Assembly: GCA_964372755.1 (NCBI GenBank)
Contig: CAYJQX010000001.1
Span: forward strand, 107,382 to 171,381
Origin: an uncultured Candidatus Saccharibacteria bacterium
GTDB lineage: Bacteria > Patescibacteriota > Minisyncoccia > UBA9983
Direction: 5' to 3'
Length of the DNA stretch: 64,000 nt
Within the stretch, counting starts at the first letter, position 1, and each line of letters opens with the position of its first letter. Below the pieces are notes generated by a model that saw only the letters and a list, made by a program, of their open reading frames with translations, was not told the origin of the DNA and did not search any database. The position numbers and the translations under genes were made by a program. This document shows, piece after piece, positions 21,627 through 30,280 of the stretch.

Positions 21627-22514
21627 ATGCGCCGGATTTTAATTCTCCTTGTTTTAGGAGTTTTCCTTGCTCCTTTTGTCTCTTTGGCTGAACTGGATTT
21701 CAAAAAACCCTTGGGTTTCTTTAACGACCAAGCTGGTCTTCTGTCTCCAAAGTCAGCTCCGGTCATAGAATCCCTTCTTGGCGCTTACGAAAAAGAAACA
21801 GGAAACGAGATAGGCGTTTTGATTATTCCAAGCTTGGAAGGCGAACCGATTGAAGATGTGGCGATAGATATTTTCCAAAAATGGGGGATTGGAAAGAAAG
21901 GGAAAGACAATGGAATATTGCTTCTGATCTCAAAAGAGGACAGGGAAGCAAGAATAGAGGTTGGTTATGGCCTGGAGCCGGAATTAACCGATGGCGAAGC
22001 CGGAGCGATTATTCGAAATGTTCTAACTCCCGCCTTCAAAGAGGGAAGATACGATGAAGGCGTGGGTTTGGTGATAGAGGCGATAATAAAAGGTGTTGGG
22101 GGAACTCTGTTGAGTGAAGAAGAGATCCCAAGGAGGCCAGAAAATTTTTGGACGAAACTCCTTTCCGATTATTTGTTTTTATTATTTTTTGCGGTTGTAT
22201 GGATAGTAAGTGTTTTAGGCCGATCTAAATCTTGGTGGCTTGGAGGGGTTTTGGGAGGGCTTATTGGCGCGGGAGTAGGTTTTTGGACCGGAGTTTTACT
22301 GACCGGAATTTTTTGGTTCCTCGGTCTTGGATTTCTCGGGTTGCTCTTTGATTTTTTTGTCTCCAAAGCTTACGCCAAAAGCAAAATGAATGGAGGCACT
22401 CCGCCGTGGTGGATAGGTGGAGGCGGTTTTGGCGGAGGCGGTTTCGGTGGTGGAGGGTTCGGCGGTTTTGGCGGAGGTTCTTCAGGTGGTGGGGGATCAA
22501 GTGGGAGGTGGTAA
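21627..22514 (+). CDS. TPM domain protein (DUF477/TPM phosphatase-like) with C-terminal TM region and Gly-rich tail
   Basis: GVLIIPSLEGEPIEDVA...GILLLISKEDREARIEVGYGLE; LemA-TPM gene pairing is typical. Confidence 0.8.
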   Translation: MRRILILLVLGVFLAPFVSLAELDFKKPLGFFNDQAGLLSPKSAPVIESLLGAYEKETGNEIGVLIIPSLEGEPIEDVAIDIFQKWGIGKKGKDNGILLLISKEDREARIEVGYGLEPELTDGEAGAIIRNVLTPAFKEGRYDEGVGLVIEAIIKGVGGTLLSEEEIPRRPENFWTKLLSDYLFLLFFAVVWIVSVLGRSKSWWLGGVLGGLIGAGVGFWTGVLLTGIFWFLGLGFLGLLFDFFVSKAYAKSKMNGGTPPWWIGGGGFGGGGFGGGGFGGFGGGSSGGGGSSGRW

Positions 22515-22547
22515 AAATCTTTCTTTGAAATATAATTCTAATAAAGT

Positions 22548-22913
22548 ATGAAAATCATCATAATCAAAGAAAAAGCAGACCCAAAGGAACTTTTGGAAGT
22601 TGTAAAAGATAGTTATGACACGATGGTAAAAATCGCAGTTGATATTAACAAAAGGATTGCAACAGCAGGGGGCGAGTGGCACTCCGAGGGTCAAGATATT
22701 CTAGTCAAAGAGGCCGGATCATTGGGGGTGGATGTTTGGGGCTGTAATTTATATCCTTGGAACGAGCCAGAAAAAAGAATCGAATATGTCTCTTTAATTA
22801 ACATTAAACCAGCTATAGGACATAAAAATATGGAAATTGAAAATAAAGAGATAAGGCACAAAATAAAATCCATCGTGGAGGATTTAATAATCGGCCCGAC
22901 GGAAACTATTTAA
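22548..22913 (+). CDS. hypothetical protein
   Basis: 121-aa ORF, no motif recognised. Confidence 0.4.
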   Translation: MKIIIIKEKADPKELLEVVKDSYDTMVKIAVDINKRIATAGGEWHSEGQDILVKEAGSLGVDVWGCNLYPWNEPEKRIEYVSLINIKPAIGHKNMEIENKEIRHKIKSIVEDLIIGPTETI

Positions 22914-22920
22914 AGAGTCT

Positions 22921-23226
22921 ATGGCTATATCCAGAGAAAAGTGGTTTGCTATGTCAAAAGAAATTCGTCTTCGCCATATGGCGACAGAGCTTAAACGCGC
23001 CGAGAAAGCCAGCGAAAGAAAAGAAAAGGATATGCTTGCCGGCGCCTATGAGAGAATTTTAGATATGCTGGATGCGACAGTGGAAGATAAAAACTGGGGC
23101 GATAAAAAAGATATTTTTGCTTTAAGAGACGCAATAGCGACGCTCTATTCTGGCGAAAACCACTCCGCCTTAAGCCGGTTTTTTGCCTCAAGCCTTCTTA
23201 AAGAAGCCGACACACTTTCTTCTTGA
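22921..23226 (+). CDS. hypothetical protein
   Basis: 101-aa ORF. Confidence 0.35.
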   Translation: MAISREKWFAMSKEIRLRHMATELKRAEKASERKEKDMLAGAYERILDMLDATVEDKNWGDKKDIFALRDAIATLYSGENHSALSRFFASSLLKEADTLSS

Positions 23227-23315
23227 ATCTTGCCTCCCCTCTACTAGACAAAAATCCCCTATATGGGAGAGTTCGTATAGTGGTCTAGTGCCAAAATAAG
23301 AAGTAATGTGGTAAG

Positions 23316-24002
23316 ATGTATGTCATGGTCGATGTTGGGGGTTTAAGATACCCAAAAAAGAGTCATCGAAAACAAGTAATCTTGCCTAAATTTTCAGTAC
23401 GACTGTCAGAGTTTTTTGGAATTATGATGGGTGATGGTGGTATAAATAATCTTTGGCAAGCAAATATCACACTGAATTCAATCAAAGACGCTGAATATTC
23501 CAAGCATGTTTCTGTTTTATGTAAGAAACTTTTCGGTATTACGCCGGCCATACGGAAAAGAAAGACAAGTAACACGTTGGTAGTATCAATTACTAGTACG
23601 TCTGTAGTAGATTTTTTGGTTAATAATGGTCTTGTTCGAGGCAATAAACTCAAGGCTGGGTTGAGGATTCCAAAATGGATTTTGAAAAAACCATCATACA
23701 AAAAAGCATGCGTTCGCGGACTTGTAGATACTGACGGATGTATTTTTGTTCATTCTCATAGAGTAGACGGTAAGGCTTACAGAAATGTCGGCCTTTGTTT
23801 TACAAGTTACTCACCGGAGTTAATTATGGAAGTGGCGGATATTCTTGCTGAGTTTGGAATCACAGCACATATTAATAAGCGGAGGCGAAATATTTACTTG
23901 TATCAAGAAAGAATCGTGAGGGAGTATTTAAAGATATTCGGTACTTCAAATAACCGTATAGGGTCTGTGTATAGTAATTGGAGAGATGCGAGAGCGGTTT
24001 AA
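23316..24002 (+). CDS. LAGLIDADG homing endonuclease (double-motif), free-standing
   Basis: two LAGLIDADG-like motifs: FFGIMMGDGGIN and RGLVDTDGCIF; last 7 codons overlap tRNA-Ser. Confidence 0.75.
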   Translation: MYVMVDVGGLRYPKKSHRKQVILPKFSVRLSEFFGIMMGDGGINNLWQANITLNSIKDAEYSKHVSVLCKKLFGITPAIRKRKTSNTLVVSITSTSVVDFLVNNGLVRGNKLKAGLRIPKWILKKPSYKKACVRGLVDTDGCIFVHSHRVDGKAYRNVGLCFTSYSPELIMEVADILAEFGITAHINKRRRNIYLYQERIVREYLKIFGTSNNRIGSVYSNWRDARAV

Positions 24003-24069
24003 TCGGCAGACCTGGAAAGTCTGTGTGCTAGAAATGGCACCGAGGGTTCGAATCCCTCTCTCTCCGCCA
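23980..24069 (+). tRNA. tRNA-Ser (anticodon GGA), type II with long variable arm, CCA encoded
   Basis: manual fold: acceptor GGAGAGA/TCTCTCC, 3-bp D-stem, anticodon arm CAGAC-CTGGAAA-GTCTG, variable arm GTGC...GCAC, T-arm GAGGG-TTCGAAT-CCCTC. Confidence 0.85.
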
Positions 24070-24102
24070 AAATTGAGAGTCCGAATCGGAAGCTGAAATA
24101 TT

Positions 24103-24127
24103 GTTAGACACTCGGTGTCTAACAGGT
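24103..24127. repeat. palindrome GTTAGACACTCGGTGTCTAAC, copy 1 of 2 (second at 40866)
   Basis: perfect inverted repeat in a promoter-like region upstream of the methyltransferase gene. Confidence 0.6.
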
Positions 24128-24179
24128 GTATCGAGTTAACATAAGTGTTGAGTAAAATTCTAACTTTCTTGTCGGCGAT

Positions 24180-24830
24180 TTGAAGGAGGCAAGGTATCTC
24201 TATAAATTTCTTATGAACTCACAAACTCTTTATTCAAAAATCTCATGTTTATATGATCTTGGACTTTGGCTAAATGGTTACAAAAGGGCTACTGGTTTTA
24301 TCGTTAGGAATTTGCCGTTTGAGGCCAACGACAAAATCAAGGTTTTGGATGCTGGTTGCGGTTCTGGTTTATATTCAATAGCGATTTTAAAGAATTTTCC
24401 GAATGCACGAATAATCGCTTTCGATCTCAACCAAGCAATGACGGAAAAAATGAAAGCGAACATTGCGCGATTAGGCTATGAGAATCGCGCGGACATTTTT
24501 GTTGGCAATGTTCTTGAAAACATCAGCAGCGAGCGAGATTTTGATTTGGTTATTACTGGTGGTGTGCTTGAGTATGTAGCTATAGAAAAGGCGGTACAAA
24601 ATCTCGCTCGCTATGTAGGAAATAGCGGTTATTTTCTAAATTCTCCTGTTCAAGATAATTGGTTAGGAAGGCTCCTGGCAAAATTTTTCGGTTTTACACC
24701 GCATTCATCACAAGAAAATATTTCGGCATTTGAGCGAAATGGGTTAAAGTTATATGAATCGGTAAAAATACCATGGCGTTTTTTCCCGATTAATTTAGTA
24801 AAGGAAGCTTATATTTTCAAAAAACTATAA
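24180..24830 (+). CDS. class I SAM-dependent methyltransferase
   Basis: VLDAGCGSGLYS (motif I) ... IIAFDLN (motif II). Confidence 0.8.
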   Translation: MKEARYLYKFLMNSQTLYSKISCLYDLGLWLNGYKRATGFIVRNLPFEANDKIKVLDAGCGSGLYSIAILKNFPNARIIAFDLNQAMTEKMKANIARLGYENRADIFVGNVLENISSERDFDLVITGGVLEYVAIEKAVQNLARYVGNSGYFLNSPVQDNWLGRLLAKFFGFTPHSSQENISAFERNGLKLYESVKIPWRFFPINLVKEAYIFKKL

Positions 24831-24861
24831 TAACTCAAAAATTTAAAAGCAGTTTTGTTTT

Positions 24862-26406
24862 CTACTTTTTTTCGTAGATTGGAAGAGTAAACCAAAAACG
24901 GCTTCCTTGGCCAAGACCTTCGGATTCCACTCGTATTTTCCCGCCCTGGCGTTTGATAAGGTTGCGAGACATAAACAGGGCAAGACCAGTGCCCTCTGTT
25001 TCTGTCTTGAGGGCGTCTTGTCCGCGGAAAAATTTTTCAAAGATTTTTTCTGTGTCTTCTTTGGAAATACCGATACCGGTATCTTTGATAGACCAGATTA
25101 CATCATTTTTGTCGCTTGAAATATCAATGTTTATCTTGCCGTAATTGGGAGTGTAGATAATAGCGTTTTCTGTGAGGGATTGAATAACAAATTGAGTGCT
25201 CTTTTCGTACCCTTCCGCCAAAGGCAGATTTTCCGAGGCGCTGAAACTAATTTCTAAATTTTTGTCGCGCGCCAAAATATGGACATTTTTTAGAACCCGT
25301 TCGGTGATAAATTTTAAATCAATGGAGTTGAACTCGTATTTTTCAGATTGGTTTTGGAGATTTGTGACATCGAGGAGTTTGTTGACAAGATTTATCAGAA
25401 GGTCATTTGATTCTTTGAGATTGGCAACTAAGAGATCTGTTTCCTCTTTGGTTTTGGCGTTCTTTAGCTCGTCCGCGATATAGCGGATATGCGTAAGGGG
25501 AGTTCTTAGTTTATGCGCGGCGATAGTGATAAATTCTTGTTTGGCTCGATCGGCCGCTCTTGAATTTTCCAAGAAAAGATAAATAAGGTAAACGGCTATA
25601 ATTCCGGCAAAAACAGGGGCGATCCACGCGTCCAAACCAAATTTTTCTTGTAACAGGCCATTTACGGCGCCGATTCCTCCGATACCCCAAGCGATTACTC
25701 CGACCAAGACAGCCGAGACAAAAGCCTTTTTTATGAAAATGAAGATATCAAAAAGACCGTGTTTTATTACGGCATAAGCCATTATAAACGGATAGACGAC
25801 TACCAGGTAGTTTGTCCAAGGATAAATATTTAACCCGAAAGCGACAGAGAAATCGTGCACGCCACCTAAGTAACCAATGGTAGAAGCCAGGATAAAGTAT
25901 TTTATCTGATTCTGGCGCTCCTTGGGCATTTTCTTGGAGTCTTTATACAATTTGGTGTGGCTGTAACCGGTAACAATAAACCACCAAGCGGCCAAGATGT
26001 AGAAGGTGATGCCGGGACGAGCGTAATAGAAGGAATCAAAAACCAATTCAACTTTGGGGATGTAATAAGGAGTGGCGGCAGAGATGGCTAAAATGGCGGT
26101 GATTACATAACAAAAAACCAGACGCTTTTTTTCTTTCCACGGCGCATAAAGGTAAGCAAAATGATAAAAGAGCACGGGCATCCAGATAATGCCAAAACCC
26201 ATGGCAACCCGCCAAAAAAGAAGAGCGCGATCGGGATTTATCGTGATGCCGATTAGCGTTCCAAAAAGTCCCCACATGGCAAGGGCGATGGAATAAAGGA
26301 GCCAGAGTCGGTTTGTCCATTGTTTTTTGTTTTGGCTGTAGACAAAGTAGCCAAGTGGCAGGCAGGTGAAGAATATGAGGAGACAGGAGAGTGCGAAAGG
26401 GTTCAT
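24862..26406 (-). CDS. sensor histidine kinase, polytopic membrane N-terminal domain
   Basis: HisKA H-box AHKLRTPLT, HATPase D/G boxes DTGIGIS...GTGLAL. Confidence 0.85.
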   Translation of the reverse strand: MNPFALSCLLIFFTCLPLGYFVYSQNKKQWTNRLWLLYSIALAMWGLFGTLIGITINPDRALLFWRVAMGFGIIWMPVLFYHFAYLYAPWKEKKRLVFCYVITAILAISAATPYYIPKVELVFDSFYYARPGITFYILAAWWFIVTGYSHTKLYKDSKKMPKERQNQIKYFILASTIGYLGGVHDFSVAFGLNIYPWTNYLVVVYPFIMAYAVIKHGLFDIFIFIKKAFVSAVLVGVIAWGIGGIGAVNGLLQEKFGLDAWIAPVFAGIIAVYLIYLFLENSRAADRAKQEFITIAAHKLRTPLTHIRYIADELKNAKTKEETDLLVANLKESNDLLINLVNKLLDVTNLQNQSEKYEFNSIDLKFITERVLKNVHILARDKNLEISFSASENLPLAEGYEKSTQFVIQSLTENAIIYTPNYGKINIDISSDKNDVIWSIKDTGIGISKEDTEKIFEKFFRGQDALKTETEGTGLALFMSRNLIKRQGGKIRVESEGLGQGSRFWFTLPIYEKK

Positions 26407-26407
26407 T

Positions 26408-26776
26408 TTAGGAGAGTATCTTTTTAACTTTCTCCACTACTTCATCCGGAGAGAAAGTGGCTTTGATCAAATATTCGGTAGCTCCCAAATCCATCGCTTC
26501 TTGCACTTCTTCTTTTGAACCAAGATTGCTGAAGACAACAACAGGGATAGATTTTGTTTTTGGGTCGGATTTAAGGCGCTTTAAAAGCTCAATCCCGTTT
26601 ACTTGAGGCAGAATAATATCAAGCAAAATAAGATCCGGAGTATTTTTCTCTAAAACTTGCTCAGCTTCTCTGGCATCTTTGGCTGAAGATACTTCCAAGC
26701 CGTTTTTTTTGAGCTTATCGGAGATGGTTTTTGAAATAAAAAGGTCGTCCTCAATAATTAAAATAGTTTTGGGCAT
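26408..26776 (-). CDS. response regulator, stand-alone receiver domain
   Basis: ILIIEDD...LILLDIILP..., conserved Asp/Lys positions; start chosen at MPKTILII (the ORF extends to 26869). Confidence 0.8.
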   Translation of the reverse strand: MPKTILIIEDDLFISKTISDKLKKNGLEVSSAKDAREAEQVLEKNTPDLILLDIILPQVNGIELLKRLKSDPKTKSIPVVVFSNLGSKEEVQEAMDLGATEYLIKATFSPDEVVEKVKKILS

Positions 26777-27030
26777 CTGTGGACTAATAATAGCACAAGC
26801 TTTTTTCTCTTGTCTCAAGGAAATCAAAAAAGGTGTTGATTTTTTGTCGGGAGAAAATTTTTTTGGCAAAAAATCCTTATTTTTATGTCTTATTTCGCTT
26901 CAAAAATTTACAAATCCCCATTTTTTAATTATCGCTGGGTTTTTTCTCTATCCACAGGTACACATTGTAAGTATTGGAGTAGAATAATGAGACCCATACA
27001 TTATTAGCTAATATTTTTTGCCAAAAAATT

Positions 27031-29334
27031 ATGCCAGAAGATTTAAAAGATCGCGTTGGTGCGGGAAAAATTGCAAACCAAACCATCACAAGAGTAAGAA
27101 AACGTGACGGGAGAGTTGTGAGTTTTGAAGTGGGAAGAATTGTTGGCGCTGTAAGCAAGGCAATGCAGGCGGCGGAGGAGGGTGGTGAAAATCAGGCAAA
27201 AGAAGTAGCTAATAAAGTGTATCAATCTCTTTTGAAGATGCAGACTCGGGAAAGAAATTTTGTGCCAACGGTGGAGGGGATACAGGATGCGGTGGAAAAA
27301 GAGCTTATTTTAGGGGGTTTTGTAAAGACTTCCAAAGCCTATATTCTCTATCGGGAAGAACACAGCCGACTTCGTGAAGTTAAAGAAAAGGAAGAAAGAC
27401 AAATTCCAGAGAAAATTCGCAAGCTTTCTTCTGAAAGTAAAAAATATTTCAGAAACCAGCTGTCTGAGTTTGTTTACTATACAACCTATTCCAAATGGAT
27501 ACCGGAGGAAGGACGTCGAGAAACATGGCTTGAAACAGTTTCCAGATATGTGGATTTTATGCAGGAAAACCTTGGCGATAAGCTTACTAAGGCTGAATAC
27601 GACGAAGTGAAAGAATATATGCTTAGAATGAAAACCATGGGTTCGATGAGGCTTCTCTGGGGATCGGGCAAAGCGGCTCGAGCAACCAATGTTTGTGCAT
27701 ACAACTGTTCTTTTATAGCGCCAAAAGAATGGAGAGATTTTGGCGAAATAATGTATGTTTTGATGTGCGGAACAGGTTGCGGATACTCCGTAGAGCACCA
27801 AAACGTGGAAGCATTGCCCATGGTTCAGAGACAAAAAGGAATAAAATTGGAAACGCATGTGGTAGAAGACAGCAAAGAAGGGTGGGCGGAAGCTTTTATC
27901 TTGGGCCTTAGCACATGGTCTGAAGGCAAAGATATAGAATTTGACTACTCTAAAGTCCGTCCACAGGGCGCCCGACTTTCCACTATGGGAGGTAGAGCTT
28001 CGGGGCCGGATCCGCTGAGGTCTCTGCTTAATTTTACTCGCGATAAGATGTTCAACCGACAAGGTAGGAGGCTTACTACGGTGGATGTCCACGATATAAT
28101 TTGCAAAACCGGAGAAGTGGTTGTTATGGGAGGAGTGAGGAGAAGCGCCCTTATTTCTTTGTCTGATTTGGATGATGAAGGAATGAGAAATGCCAAAAAT
28201 GGCCAGTTCTACCTGACACATCCAGAGAGGAGTATGGCCAATAATTCAGCCGTTTATGACGAAAAACCCACTGTTTCTCAATTTCTGGAAGAATGGGTGA
28301 ATTTGGTGCGATCAGGTTCTGGAGAGCGCGGTATTTTCAACCGTGGCAGTCTTAAACAACAGCTTCCGGCAAGACGCTGGCCGTTGTTTAAAGACGGCGC
28401 TTGGCAATCCGGAACTAATCCATGCGGAGAAATAGTTCTAAAATCAAAACAATTTTGCAACCTTACCGAAGTAGTGGCGAGAGAAGACGATACAGAAGAA
28501 ACATTAATGGAGAAAGTGAGAGTGGCTACTGTGCTGGGAACATATCAAGCTTCTTTGGTGAATTTTCCTTTTCTTTCTTCCGAATGGAAGAAAAATTGTG
28601 AGGAAGAGGCTTTGCTCGGCGTGTCTATTACCGGCCAATGGGATTGCCCGGCTTTAAGGAACCCGGGGACATTTAGGAAACTTAAAGAGGTGGCTATTGA
28701 AACGAATCGTGTTTATGCTTCTCGTTTTGGCATTAACCCATCCACTTGTATCACTTGCGTTAAGCCGTCCGGCAATGGTTCTCAGCTTTTCGATTCTTCT
28801 TCCGGAATGCATCCAAGACACGCTAAATATTATATTCGCCGAGTGCGCATAGAAAGCCATAGCCCTATTTTTATGATGTTGAAAGACATGGGTGTGCCTT
28901 ATCATCCGGAGGTGGGACAGAATCCAGAAACGGCCACTACTTTTGTGCTTGAATTCCCGATCAAAGCTCCTGAAGGTTCTATTTTTAAGGACGATTTAAC
29001 TGCTGAAGAACAGCTTGAATATTGGAAGATGGTAAAGGTTCATTACACAGAACATAACCCCTCGGTGACAGTTTCGGTTGGAGAAAACGAATGGCTTGAG
29101 GTAGGGAATTGGATATATGAAAACTGGGATATTATAGGAGGACTTTCCTTTTTGCCTCGCTCGGAACATGTTTACAGGCTTGCTCCATATGAGGCTATCG
29201 ACGAGGCAAGATACAATGAGCTTGTAAGTAAATTTCCGGCCATAGATTTTTCTCGAATTGTTTTGTACGAATACGATGACGAGACAAAGGGGTCCAAGGA
29301 ATTGGCGTGTGTGGCTGGGGTTTGCGAGATATAA
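27031..29334 (+). CDS. nrdJ: adenosylcobalamin-dependent ribonucleoside-triphosphate reductase (class II RNR) with N-terminal ATP-cone
   Basis: ATP-cone VRKRDGRVVSFEVGRIVGAV; active-site NPCGEI..CNL motif; ~767 aa monomeric class II size. Confidence 0.8.
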   Translation: MPEDLKDRVGAGKIANQTITRVRKRDGRVVSFEVGRIVGAVSKAMQAAEEGGENQAKEVANKVYQSLLKMQTRERNFVPTVEGIQDAVEKELILGGFVKTSKAYILYREEHSRLREVKEKEERQIPEKIRKLSSESKKYFRNQLSEFVYYTTYSKWIPEEGRRETWLETVSRYVDFMQENLGDKLTKAEYDEVKEYMLRMKTMGSMRLLWGSGKAARATNVCAYNCSFIAPKEWRDFGEIMYVLMCGTGCGYSVEHQNVEALPMVQRQKGIKLETHVVEDSKEGWAEAFILGLSTWSEGKDIEFDYSKVRPQGARLSTMGGRASGPDPLRSLLNFTRDKMFNRQGRRLTTVDVHDIICKTGEVVVMGGVRRSALISLSDLDDEGMRNAKNGQFYLTHPERSMANNSAVYDEKPTVSQFLEEWVNLVRSGSGERGIFNRGSLKQQLPARRWPLFKDGAWQSGTNPCGEIVLKSKQFCNLTEVVAREDDTEETLMEKVRVATVLGTYQASLVNFPFLSSEWKKNCEEEALLGVSITGQWDCPALRNPGTFRKLKEVAIETNRVYASRFGINPSTCITCVKPSGNGSQLFDSSSGMHPRHAKYYIRRVRIESHSPIFMMLKDMGVPYHPEVGQNPETATTFVLEFPIKAPEGSIFKDDLTAEEQLEYWKMVKVHYTEHNPSVTVSVGENEWLEVGNWIYENWDIIGGLSFLPRSEHVYRLAPYEAIDEARYNELVSKFPAIDFSRIVLYEYDDETKGSKELACVAGVCEI

Positions 29335-29426
29335 ATATAACACTAATCTACGCTTGCCCGCCTGAAGCTTTCTTAAGCGGAGGAGGGAATAACTTCGACG
29401 AATGCCACGAATTAAAAAACAAAAGG

Positions 29427-29456
29427 AAAAATCCTTCGCGTTTGCGAAGGATTTTT
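29427..29456. terminator. bidirectional terminator (AAAAATCCTTCGC-GTTT-GCGAAGGATTTTT)
   Basis: perfect stem with A-run and T-run flanks between nrdJ (+) and rnpB (-). Confidence 0.75.
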
Positions 29457-29475
29457 CATACATTGTCGGTTTCTG

Positions 29476-29948
29476 TATTGTGGTCTATAAGCCGAATTCT
29501 GTCCCCGATTTTAACGTCGGGGCGCGATCATTTATCTTGTTCCGCTTCTCGCGAAACGGAATCCTTGCGGCACATCCGCCGATGAGGCGGATACGGCCTT
29601 GCACCGGGTAGGGTTTACCACTCTTTTCTGTTGCCAAAAAAGAGACTGCGATAGCTTTTAGATTTCTCTCAAAAACATTCGCAAACTTTTCACCTTTCAT
29701 TTCGCGTAGCGAAATGACCCTGAGCGAGACCAACTTCAGGTTGGCACAGTCGAAGGGTATCTCTCGCTCGGGATAATTTCGCTACGCGAAATTAGTATTG
29801 TCTCTGTGACACTTTCCCTCCCTCAGAGATTGCCCTCCGAGGTGACAGGTGTTACCTGTTGCCCATATCTTTTATTGATTACTCAAAAAAGATGGTGTTC
29901 GGACTTTCCTCCCCTCGACAAAGCTCGGGGCGATCACGCGACCACATT
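29476..29948 (-). ncRNA. rnpB: RNase P RNA (bacterial type A-like); boundaries approximate
   Basis: minus-strand matches to universally conserved blocks: GGGAGGAAAGTCCGAACACC (P4 5' strand, CR-I), GGTAAACCCTACCCGGTGCAAGGCC (cf. E. coli GGUAAACUCCACCCGGAGCAAGGCC), ACAGAATTCGGCTTAT (P4 3' strand, cf. ACAGAACCCGGCUUAU); P3 hairpin CCCCGAGC...TCGAGGGG. Confidence 0.8.
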
Positions 29949-29979
29949 AAAGAAACCTAAGTCAATTCTACTACATTAT

Positions 29980-30198
29980 TTATTCTTCGTCAACCTTGCG
30001 AATAGTAATTTTTCGAGGCTGGTTTTTGTCTATTTTTTTTAAGAAAAATCTGATGTCTTCAAGACGATAAACCCTGTAGTTGTTAGCTGGGTGCCTATGG
30101 GCTACCAGCTTGCCTTTTTTATCCCAATTTCGAAGAGTTAGAGCGGTTACGCCTATAAGCTCGGAAGCTTCTTTGATAGTTAGGTATTTTTTCCACAT
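29980..30198 (-). CDS. MerR/excisionase-like HTH DNA-binding protein
   Basis: LTIKEASELIGVTALTLRNWDKKGKL, 72 aa. Confidence 0.5.
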   Translation of the reverse strand: MWKKYLTIKEASELIGVTALTLRNWDKKGKLVAHRHPANNYRVYRLEDIRFFLKKIDKNQPRKITIRKVDEE

Positions 30199-30280
30199 AT
30201 TCTTGAAAAGGTTTTCTTAATGGCTTATATCATATATAATTGAAATGCATTAAAAAAGCTAATTTAATTTTTTTTAAAAA

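Noticed and set aside
23227-24069. tRNA intron or split tRNA harbouring the LAGLIDADG gene
   Set aside because: tRNA-Ser(GGA) folds as a contiguous intact gene at 23980-24069, so the endonuclease is free-standing.
26870-27030. NrdR box upstream of nrdJ
   Set aside because: Only a weak TACACATTGTAAGTA resemblance to the ACACTATATATAGTGT-type palindrome; not convincing.
27310-28221. Minus-strand 303-aa ORF antisense to nrdJ
   Set aside because: Overlaps a strongly supported class II RNR gene; no motifs.
29307-30042. Track ORFs 29307-29585, 29402-29611, 29485-29733 and 29806-30042
   Set aside because: They overlap the RNase P RNA gene and its terminator; no protein features.
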